In this document: positions 1 through 9,626 of the stretch, piece after piece
Layout: each line of letters begins with the position of its first letter
Position numbering within the stretch: position 1 is the stretch's first letter
From: Chloroflexota bacterium
GTDB lineage: Bacteria > Chloroflexota > Dehalococcoidia > Lucifugimonadales > Lucifugimonadaceae
Direction of reading: 5' to 3'
DNA length: 33,016 nucleotides
NCBI GenBank assembly: GCA_030831265.1
Contig: JAURLM010000077.1
Location: 1 to 33,016, forward strand
Translations under genes and position numbers: made by a program
Notes under the pieces: model-generated
What the model was told of the DNA's origin: nothing
Seen by the model: only the letters and a program-made list of their open reading frames with translations
The model's database searches: none

Positions 1-460
1 CTTGATGAACCGCAAAACCTCTTCTGGGTTCATGCGGCCAAGCTGGGTTGTGGCGTACATCGATGCGGCGACCGTACCGTCGGGGTCGCAGGACGAACTC
101 GCAGGGCTGCATGTAGTCCACGCCCTGTCGCACGCCGGTCCAGCCACCGAGAGTCGCTGCAACTCCAAGCGGCACGCTGTGGGCCACTGGGAATGACAGG
201 TTGTGCTCTGTGTGCAGGTGCTCGGTCTCCGCATCACCTTCCGTGTTGCCGGCGATGATTTTGACGCCGAGCTCGGCAAACTGGGAGTAGGCTGCTTCCA
301 TCTCGACTAACTGTCGAGCGCAGTACGGTCACCAGCCTCCGCGGTAAAAAGCGATATAGGCCCAGCTGCCTGAGATATCAGCGGGCAGGGAAAGCCGGGC
401 ACCACCGACCAGTGTCAGTTTGATGTCCGGGAACGTGGATCCCGGTGTGAGCATGGCCAT
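1..460 (-). CDS. AhpC/TSA (redoxin)-family peroxiredoxin-like protein and candidate selenoprotein. The in-frame TGA at 329-331 is read as Sec. The 3' end runs off the window, and there is an apparent 1-nt frameshift at 82-85.
   Basis: The minus-strand ATG at 460 is preceded by GGAG with a 7-nt spacer. Translation: MAMLTPGSTFPDIKLTLVGGARLSLPADISGSWAYIAFYRGGW-[TGA]-PYCARQLVEMEAAYSQFAELGVKIIAGNTEGDAETEHLHTEHNLSFPVAHSVPLGVAATLGGWTGVRQGVDYMQPCEFVLRP, then after a 1-nt shift DGTVAASMYATTQLGRMNPEEVLRFIK. FYRGxWCPYC is the redox motif of this family, and TGA replaces its first Cys. The gene is absent from the ORF track because of the TGA and the window edge. Confidence 0.6.
292..331 (-). promoter_or_regulatory. 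putative bacterial SECIS-like hairpin immediately 3' of the in-frame UGA
   Basis: RNA (minus strand): UGA CCGUACUGCG CUCGAC AGUUA GUCGAG AUGGAA GCAG. There is a perfect 6-bp upper stem (318-313 pairs with 307-302) and a 5-nt apical loop AGUUA with GU at loop positions 2-3. The loop starts 16 nt after the UGA. A possible lower stem is CUGC (323-320) with GCAG (295-292). Confidence 0.45.
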
Positions 461-511
461 CTGCGTTCTCCGTGTTTATTGCGTGAAGCGGCTACACGGC
501 ATCCCGTGTGT

Positions 512-1069
512 TCAACTTTCTGTGAGTGTGGAATGACGGGCTGAGTGGGCTCCGGGGACAACGCCCGTGCCTTCAGGCCATATCACCTTGAATGTCAGTG
601 CTCGCTTGAAGTCAGCACCTTCGATATTGCACTCACGCAACACGGCGCGATACATATTTGCCTGGCGGAAATCAGCCCCTGACAGGTCTGCCCTCGATAG
701 CTTGGTGCGAGAGAGAATCGCCTTGAACAGTTTTGCGCCGTGCAGGTTGACGCTCCTCAGCGACGCCTCGGAAAGGTCCGTCCCGGAAAGGTCCGCTCCA
801 CTCAGGTTCGCGTTGTCGAAAACCGCCCGCGAGAGATTCCATCCTGAAAGATGTGCTCCAGACAGGTCTGCCCCAGACAGGTCGAGTCGATCCGCAAGGT
901 TTTCGTGACGCCACTCGTCTACTGCGTTTGCGCCTCGTTTTACAAGTTCAAGGTGTTCAGGGTTCATGAGGTGATTCCGTGTCCAACTTCGTGCCTGTGC
1001 CCGTGTAGTGATAAAGTATGCGCCGCTTGCGGTCTCCCGGGCTGCTCGATACCTGTAGATTCGAAACAC
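512..1069 (-). CDS. pentapeptide-repeat protein
   Basis: 185-aa ORF dominated by tandem pentapeptide repeats (LDLSGADLSGAHLSGWNLSRAVFDNANLSGADLSGTDLSEASLRSVNLHGAKL...ADLSGADFRQANMYRAVLRECNIEGADF). An alternative internal start at ATG 967 (MNPEHLELVKRG...) is plausible. Confidence 0.85.
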   Translation of the reverse strand: MFRIYRYRAARETASGAYFITTRAQARSWTRNHLMNPEHLELVKRGANAVDEWRHENLADRLDLSGADLSGAHLSGWNLSRAVFDNANLSGADLSGTDLSEASLRSVNLHGAKLFKAILSRTKLSRADLSGADFRQANMYRAVLRECNIEGADFKRALTFKVIWPEGTGVVPGAHSARHSTLTES

Positions 1070-1150
1070 GATTGAAACAACTTGCAGGTAGTTTATTTCC
1101 CGAGGTTCGTACCGACCTGTTTGGCCACATCAAGTGGCACGGAGTGAGAC

Positions 1151-2170
1151 ATGAGTTATATCGCTGAGTACATCTGGGTAGACGGCACCAAGCCTACGGC
1201 AAAACTGCGCTCGAAGGCTCGCATCCTTGACGACGGGGCAGAGGCTCCAATCTGGGGTTTCGACGGTTCAAGCACCAACCAGGCGCCTGGTGATGCGTCT
1301 GACGTTGTTTTGAAGCCTGTGCTGGTTGTCCCGGACCCGATCCGTGGCGGCGACAACGTGCTGGTTATGACCGAAACGTTGTTGACGGACATGACGCCGC
1401 ACCCAACCAACACCCGCGCCGGGTGTGCCGCTGCTGCCGAAAAGTATGGCAAGTTCGACACCTGGTTCGGCCTTGAGCAGGAGTACACGTTCTTCGAGGG
1501 CCTCAAGCCACTGGGCTGGCCCGACAACGGTTTCCCTGCCCCACAGGGCGGTTACTACTGCGGTGTTGGCGCAGACGAGATTTTCGGTCGACCAATCGTC
1601 GACACCCACATGCAGGCATGTATCGACGCAGGTCTGCACATCTCCGGCATCAACGCCGAGGTAATGCCCGGACAGTGGGAGTTCCAGATCGGCCCGGTCA
1701 CTGCACCGCGCGTCGCAGACGAGCTCTGGCTGGCACGCTGGTTGTTGTACCGAATCGCCGAGGACTTCACCGGTGACTCTGGCGTCGCTGTTTCCGTCAA
1801 GTTGGCTCCAAAACCGGTTCCTGGTGACTGGAACGGCGCAGGCTGCCACACCAACTTTTCGACCAAGCAGATGCGTGGCTCGTTCGACGCATGTATTGCT
1901 GCTGCCGAGGCTCTTGGCACGAAGCATGACCTGCACATAAAGAACTACGGCGCAGGCATCGAAAACCGCCTGACCGGCGCTCACGAGACGGCCCGCTACG
2001 ACAAGTTCTCGTACGGTGTATCGAACCGTGGCGCATCCGTCCGCATCCCCTGGCAGGTGGAGAAGGACGGCAAGGGCTACATCGAAGACCGCCGACCGAA
2101 CGCTAACTGTGACCCGTACACCGTAACCCGCCTCATTATTGAGACGGTCTGCGGAGCGGCATCCAAGTAG
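1151..2170 (+). CDS. glnII: glutamine synthetase type II (eukaryote-like GSII)
   Basis: 339 aa. Colinear GSII hallmarks are present: AEYIWVDGTKPTAKLRSK, WGFDGSSTNQA, PAPQGGYYCGVGADEIFGR, GINAEVMPGQWEFQIGP, DWNGAGCHTNFST, GVSNRGASVRIPW and GYIEDRRPNANCDPY. Confidence 0.95.
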   Translation: MSYIAEYIWVDGTKPTAKLRSKARILDDGAEAPIWGFDGSSTNQAPGDASDVVLKPVLVVPDPIRGGDNVLVMTETLLTDMTPHPTNTRAGCAAAAEKYGKFDTWFGLEQEYTFFEGLKPLGWPDNGFPAPQGGYYCGVGADEIFGRPIVDTHMQACIDAGLHISGINAEVMPGQWEFQIGPVTAPRVADELWLARWLLYRIAEDFTGDSGVAVSVKLAPKPVPGDWNGAGCHTNFSTKQMRGSFDACIAAAEALGTKHDLHIKNYGAGIENRLTGAHETARYDKFSYGVSNRGASVRIPWQVEKDGKGYIEDRRPNANCDPYTVTRLIIETVCGAASK

Positions 2171-2186
2171 TAGTTCGTTCATAAAC

Positions 2187-2206
2187 CGGGTGCGTAAATG
2201 CACCCG
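2187..2206 (+). terminator. hairpin downstream of glnII (CGGGTGC-GTAAAT-GCACCCG)
   Basis: Perfect 7-bp GC-rich stem with a 6-nt loop, 17 nt after the glnII stop. There is no strong T-run. Confidence 0.4.
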
Positions 2207-2221
2207 CTGATAAGAACCCTT

Positions 2222-2254
2222 GAAACGGCGCAGGTGTTTTGCCTGCGCCGTTTC
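2222..2254 (+). terminator. long perfect hairpin downstream of glnII, a likely intrinsic terminator
   Basis: GAAACGGCGCAGG (2222-2234) pairs perfectly with CCTGCGCCGTTTC (2242-2254), giving a 13-bp stem with a 7-nt loop. It is followed by GCGTTT. Confidence 0.6.
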
Positions 2255-2563
2255 GCGTTTACCGCTCGCCTCAAAATGCTATGCCGGGGAAGCTATACCC
2301 CAGCCTGTTGCAGAACACGCCTAAAGCCGCCCAACTCCAAGTTGGAGCCAATATTGGGCGATGATAAGATGAAACTAACAAACCGGGCGTTTATTGTTCG
2401 CGTGCGCGTGAAAAGGGCAACTCATCGACAACTCACATGTCGAAGCCCGCTCCTCCGGTTAACGTCTGATAGTCCGGCTCCGACAAGGGCGGTACCGGCA
2501 ATAGCGATTAGATATACCGGACGGTACGACAGCCACACCCGGAACGACCCACAAGTCACATAG

Positions 2564-5062
<2,499 letters not shown>

Positions 5063-5160
5063 TACACGGCTCAACACCGCCCGGCATAGACGAATCATCA
5101 CCGCCGTACCAACACGCCCCGCATCAGGCAAAGCTGCCTCATTGATGAGCGCAATACATT

Positions 5161-5198
5161 TGTCATCCTGGCCATAGCGGAGGGAACTTACATCTCGA
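5161..5198 (+). repeat. 38-nt intergenic repeat, copy 1 (TGTCATCCTGGCCATAGCGGAGGGAACTTACATCTCGA)
   Basis: 30 of 38 positions are identical to 32954-32991 in the same orientation. It lies between the convergent 3' ends of gyrB and dnaA. Confidence 0.6.
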
Positions 5199-5311
5199 TT
5201 TGTTGCCGGGAGGTAAGGTCGATGTGCAAACACAGTTCGGTCTCGCCAGGACCCTCCAAATCGAGGGCAGGAGCCAATCACACGCGGTGCGACTGCTGAG
5301 TTGAAACCTGG

Positions 5312-6682
5312 CTAAACGACGTTCCTGAGGGAGTTGCGCACGTCTGCTGTCATTTTGCGGACTTCAGCATCTGCGACAAGCTCTTCCTCGAACCGTTTCT
5401 GTGCGTAGAGGATGCTCGAGTGATCCTTGCCGCCCAGCACATTGCCTGTGTGCGTCGCTGTCAGCTTGCTCTCTTCTCGCAGCAAGTACGCCGCCATCCT
5501 GCGCGCAGCAGACGTCCTGCGGTCACGCCGAGGGCCGACTATCGCTGCCTCAGTTACGCCTGAGTGAGCGGCTACTGTGGCGAGGACTACGTCGGGAGCC
5601 GGGAACTTGATCGGCTTCTTGGAGCCGATGCTCTCAAGCGCCCGCTCTGCAAGTTCAACGTTGATCTCGCTGCGTGTCAGCTGTGCGTATGCGACAACGC
5701 GGTTGAGCCCGCCCTCCAGGTCACGCACGCTCTCTACAGGGGCTGACGCCAGCACCTCGATGACCCGCGTTGGCAGCGGGCAGGCGCGCTGCTTGGCTTT
5801 GCGCTCCACGATTGCATACCTGGTCTCGTAGTCAGGTGCCTGGATATCCACGACGAGTCCTCCTGAAAGACGTGACTGGATGCGCTGCTCAAGGTTGATC
5901 CGCTCTGCTGGAAGGTCACCAGAGACGACGATCTGCTTTCCGGCCATATGCAGCTCATTAAACGTGTGGAAGAAGCCTTCCTGCGTCTGCGGCTTGCTGG
6001 AAATGAACTGGATATCGTCGATCAGCAATGCGTCTACGCTGCGGAAGCGAGTTCTGAACTCCTCGGTCGCGCCGTCACGAATCGCCCGGATGTATTCGTT
6101 GGTGAACCGCTCGGCACTTACATAGAGGACGGAGTGACCTGCCCGGACCAGCATGTTGCCGATGGCGTGTAACAGATGGGTCTTGCCAAGCCCCACGGAT
6201 GAATAGAGATAGAGTGGGTTGAACACTGCGCCTGGAGATTCAGCGACCTGCGTGGCAGCTGCGTGCGCAAGCTGGTTGGAAGAACCGGCGACGAACGTAT
6301 CGAAGCTCAGTTCAGGTCGGAAGCGGGATTTCTGGGCACGAGGCGCGCTGATGCGTTCGGGCTCATCGTCTTCGAAAGAAGCACTGGAACTGTTTGCGCT
6401 CTCCCACGTACCGTATGAATCGTTATTCTTGACGGTGAAGCGGACCTCCATCGTCCTGTGAGTGACATTTTCGACGGCGCGCTCAATAGAGGCGGAGAGG
6501 CGCTTCTCCAACATCTCGGCGGTAAAGGTGTTGGGGGTCGTGACAACCAGCACGTCTTCGCTGACACTCTGGGCTGCCGTGTTGCGCAGCCAGGTTTCGA
6601 AATTCGGCCTTGGGATCTCGACTTCGAGTTGCCCAAGAGCGGCCTTCCAGACCTGGGTAGCAGAATGTGTGTCCAGTTCCAT
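5312..6682 (-). CDS. dnaA: chromosomal replication initiator protein DnaA
   Basis: AAA+ Walker A (YSSVGLGKTHLLHAIGN) and Walker B (ALLIDDIQF) are present, and the C-terminal DNA-binding domain contains GGKDHSSILYAQKR. The start was chosen at ATG 6682 (MELDTHSATQVWKAALGQLE..., a typical DnaA N-terminus). The ORF stays open upstream to 6847. Confidence 0.92.
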   Translation of the reverse strand: MELDTHSATQVWKAALGQLEVEIPRPNFETWLRNTAAQSVSEDVLVVTTPNTFTAEMLEKRLSASIERAVENVTHRTMEVRFTVKNNDSYGTWESANSSSASFEDDEPERISAPRAQKSRFRPELSFDTFVAGSSNQLAHAAATQVAESPGAVFNPLYLYSSVGLGKTHLLHAIGNMLVRAGHSVLYVSAERFTNEYIRAIRDGATEEFRTRFRSVDALLIDDIQFISSKPQTQEGFFHTFNELHMAGKQIVVSGDLPAERINLEQRIQSRLSGGLVVDIQAPDYETRYAIVERKAKQRACPLPTRVIEVLASAPVESVRDLEGGLNRVVAYAQLTRSEINVELAERALESIGSKKPIKFPAPDVVLATVAAHSGVTEAAIVGPRRDRRTSAARRMAAYLLREESKLTATHTGNVLGGKDHSSILYAQKRFEEELVADAEVRKMTADVRNSLRNVV

Positions 6683-7030
6683 GTCCCCCTGCGAAAATGG
6701 CAAAGCGAATTCGCCCCACACGCGGTGGGCTTGCGAAAAAATGTCCTGTGGTGAGAAGAACTTACAGCCTACGGAGCACTCAGCCAGAATTGGGCTGTAC
6801 GTCCTGCTGCAGACGCAAGTTAACATGCCATAACACAGGGTTGGCAACCCCCAAAACAGGGTTGTTTTTGGGACTTACCAACCGATTTTCCCCGGCCTCA
6901 CGATGACCCGTTTTGAACTTGACAACACGCCTAAAGGATGCATCAACCACCGCATGTTTCCCACACCCGTGTCAGGCCGTGAACTGCGCGGTAAATCGGA
7001 TGAAATATCACACCTGAACTGGAGCCCATC

Positions 7031-7969
7031 TTGCCCCTGAACATGGTTTTTTTTGGCTCCCCGGAGGAGGCTGTCCCTGCCCTCGCCGCAGTCATTGACG
7101 CGGGCCATTCTGTCGTCGCGGTCTATACCCGGCCGGACAGGGAGGCGGGCAGGAAGAGGCAGCCGAGACCGACTCCGGTGAGGGTCGCGGCGGAGGCGCG
7201 AGGGTTGCGGGTCGAGACACCCGCAGGGTTGCGAGGCGCGGAGGCCCAGGACACCCTGCGAAACCTCAATGCCGATGTATTCATCGTGGCCGCCTATGGC
7301 CGCATCCTGCCGCCCGAAGTCCTGTCGATGCCGCGCTTGGGCGCCGTGAACATTCACCCTTCGCTGCTTCCCCGGTATCGTGGGCCAAGCCCGGTTGTTA
7401 CGGCGATTCGCAATGGCGATGCCGAAACCGGTGTGAGCGTGATGCTGTTGGATGAGGGAATGGACAGTGGCCCGTTGCTCGCACAATCGCCGCCGGTCCG
7501 GTTGGACGGAACGGAACGCGCCGATGACCTGACCGCGCGGCTCTTCAGGATTGGCGCGGAGATGCTGCCGGGAGTCCTGGACGCGCTCGAGACGGAAAGC
7601 CTTACGCCAGAGCCGCAGGACGAATCACTGGTGACGATCACGAAGTTGATCGAAAAAGAGGACGGCAGCATCGACTGGTCACTGCCCGCTGTGGAGATCG
7701 AGCGGATGACGCGGGCGTATGACCCGTGGCCGGGCGCGTTTACCTTGCTGAACGGCAAAAACCTGAAAATTCTGTCAGCGAATGCCGCTGGTGAAGGAAA
7801 GTCAGCACCCGCAGGAACCGTATCCGTCCGCGAGAGAAAAATCTTCGTGGCGACTGGTGGCGGGGAGTTGGAACTGTTGGAAGTTCAGCCGGAAGGCAAA
7901 CGGCCAATGCAGGCGAGAGATTTCCTAAATGGGACACCGGAACTGGACGGTGCCGTGCTGGGTGCGTAG
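7031..7969 (+). CDS. fmt: methionyl-tRNA formyltransferase
   Basis: VFFGSPEEAVPAL... N-terminus and the NIHPSLLPRYRGPSP formyltransferase motif. TTG 7031 has GGAG 6 nt upstream. The ATG at 7043 is an alternative start. Confidence 0.9.
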   Translation: MPLNMVFFGSPEEAVPALAAVIDAGHSVVAVYTRPDREAGRKRQPRPTPVRVAAEARGLRVETPAGLRGAEAQDTLRNLNADVFIVAAYGRILPPEVLSMPRLGAVNIHPSLLPRYRGPSPVVTAIRNGDAETGVSVMLLDEGMDSGPLLAQSPPVRLDGTERADDLTARLFRIGAEMLPGVLDALETESLTPEPQDESLVTITKLIEKEDGSIDWSLPAVEIERMTRAYDPWPGAFTLLNGKNLKILSANAAGEGKSAPAGTVSVRERKIFVATGGGELELLEVQPEGKRPMQARDFLNGTPELDGAVLGA

Positions 7970-7983
7970 TGCGAAGACAAAAA

Positions 7984-8029
7984 AATGCTCACTCTCGCTT
8001 TAGCCAGCAGGAGTGAGCATCTTGTTTTT
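7984..8029. terminator. bidirectional intrinsic terminator between fmt (+) and the NIPSNAP-like gene (-)
   Basis: ATGCTCACTC (7984-7993) pairs with GAGTGAGCAT (8010-8019). It is flanked by an A-run (7976-7983) on one side and CTTGTTTTTT (8020-8029) on the other. Confidence 0.75.
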
Positions 8030-8043
8030 TGCAGAGGAAAAAC

Positions 8044-8340
8044 CTAGATCGAGTGGATCTGCTTGATTTCGCGGTGCGCCAGGTGGCTTCGCACGTGGCC
8101 GACATTCGCCACCCACCACTCGGATCCGTAGAACGCCGCTTCTTTCGTCTCGATGTTCTTCACATCGTCGCCGTAGCTGCGAATCCAGATGAACTGGGAG
8201 TTTTCCTCGTTAACCCAGGCGCTTTCAACCTTGATGCCGTGCTCCGCCATCAGCGGCACGAGCTTCTCTTTGAAAAGGTTTAGCCACGAATCCATCTGGC
8301 CCTTGTTGATGGTGTAGGTGCGAAGGTGTGCGATGGTCAT
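8044..8340 (-). CDS. small NIPSNAP/Dabb-like alpha+beta barrel protein
   Basis: 98-aa ORF (MTIAHLRTYTINKGQMDSWLNLFKEKLVPLMAEHGIKVESAWVNEENSQFIWIRSY...). Its size and pattern resemble NIPSNAP-family proteins. AGGA lies upstream of the ATG. Confidence 0.5.
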   Translation of the reverse strand: MTIAHLRTYTINKGQMDSWLNLFKEKLVPLMAEHGIKVESAWVNEENSQFIWIRSYGDDVKNIETKEAAFYGSEWWVANVGHVRSHLAHREIKQIHSI

Positions 8341-8546
8341 TGTTCTTGTCCTGCCAGGTTTCTTGTTTCATTCATGCCGGTCGCCCCTGTGTTGGGCGAG
8401 ATGGGACAGCCAGTTTAGCCTGTGAGCACACAGATGGCACAATTCCGGGCGTGGGCGTGACATTTCTGGCCCGCTGGTTACTATTGCGCGGAAAGAAAAC
8501 CCGTGTCGTCGTCATCCTGCGAAAAAGCGTCGAAAGGCCACACGCC

Positions 8547-9452
8547 ATGACAGTTCCGCCATTTATCGATACCCATCACCACCTGTGGGACCTGGAAAAC
8601 AACCGCTACCCGTGGCTGCAGGACGGCATAGACCACTTTGTCGGCGACTACACGCCCATCCGGCAGTCGTTCCTCATCGCAGACTTCCTGCGCGGTGCCG
8701 AAGGGCTTCCGCTGCGGAAGTCAGTGCATGTGCAGGCTGAGTGGGACCACGACGGCGACCCGGTTGGCGAGACGGCCTGGCTGCAAAAGGTGTCGGATGA
8801 CGCGGCTTCACGCGGGATGCCGAACGCAATCATCGGCTACGCGAACCTCGCCGACCCAGACATCGAGCAGACGCTGGCTCGCCATGCTTCCCATCCGAAC
8901 TGGCGCGGCATTCGCCATATGCTGAACTGGGCAGACGACCCGCGTTTCCGGTTCGCAGACCGCGTTGACTACATGCAGGACAGCCAGTGGCAGAAGGGTT
9001 ATCGGGCGCTGGGAGCGGTCGGAGGCTCGTTCGACATGCAGATATGGCCGTGGCAGCTTGAGGACGGTGCGAGGTTGGCGCAGCAGATACCGGAAGTGCC
9101 GGTGATACTGAACCATACCGGCATGCCGCGCGACTGGGATGCGGATGGCGTTGCCCTCTGGCGAAAGGGAATGCGGGCGATTGCCGGGGCGAAAAACATC
9201 TCCGTGAAGATATCCGCGCTGGGCATGATGAAGAAGGACTGGACGACTGCAGACATCAGGCCGTTCGTGCTGGACACGATCGAGATAGTCGGTGTCGACC
9301 GTTGCATGTTCGCCAGCAACTTCCCCGTGGACAGCCTGTTCTCGGACTACGCGACGGTATGGAACGCTTACGACGAGATCACGTCCGGGTTCTCTGCCGG
9401 CGAGCGCGCAAAGCTTTTCCACGACAACGCCGAGAAGTTCTACCGGATCTAG
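8547..9452 (+). CDS. amidohydrolase_2-family metal-dependent TIM-barrel hydrolase
   Basis: The N-terminus MTVPPFIDTHHHLWD (HxH metal site) is typical of the amidohydrolase 2 / lactonase-like family. Start is ATG 8547. The 8328 start in the ORF track would overlap the divergent neighbour. Confidence 0.75.
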   Translation: MTVPPFIDTHHHLWDLENNRYPWLQDGIDHFVGDYTPIRQSFLIADFLRGAEGLPLRKSVHVQAEWDHDGDPVGETAWLQKVSDDAASRGMPNAIIGYANLADPDIEQTLARHASHPNWRGIRHMLNWADDPRFRFADRVDYMQDSQWQKGYRALGAVGGSFDMQIWPWQLEDGARLAQQIPEVPVILNHTGMPRDWDADGVALWRKGMRAIAGAKNISVKISALGMMKKDWTTADIRPFVLDTIEIVGVDRCMFASNFPVDSLFSDYATVWNAYDEITSGFSAGERAKLFHDNAEKFYRI

Positions 9453-9557
9453 TTTCTTGTTGGGCACAAGACGGTGGGCGGTGAATGACACACTGCCCAG
9501 GTTGCAAGGCTTCGAAAGTGCTTCTTTTGACGCGGCCAGAACCTGCGTTTCGCAGTC

Positions 9558-9595
9558 ACCCTCTCCCCGGCCCTCCCCCGTCAAGGGGGAGGGGG
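9558..9595. repeat. GC-rich palindromic intergenic element, a possible bidirectional terminator
   Basis: CCCTCCCCC (9571-9579), GTCAA, GGGGGAGGG (9585-9593), between convergent genes. Translating it gives the spurious PSP..GEG-type peptides seen in the ORF track. Confidence 0.5.
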
Positions 9596-9626
9596 TTAAA
9601 GCGAAGGCCGTTCGTTTGCGCTGCGC

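Noticed and set aside
1268-2203. 311-aa minus-strand ORF
   Set aside because: It is antisense to glnII, whose identity is unambiguous. No motifs are present.
6683-7030. oriC / DnaA-box cluster next to dnaA
   Set aside because: I searched by eye for TTATCCACA/TGTGGATAA-like 9-mers in the dnaA-fmt, gyrB-dnaA and glnII-gyrB spacers. I found only weak matches (for example TTTCCCACA at 6957-6965) and no AT-rich unwinding element, so no origin is called.
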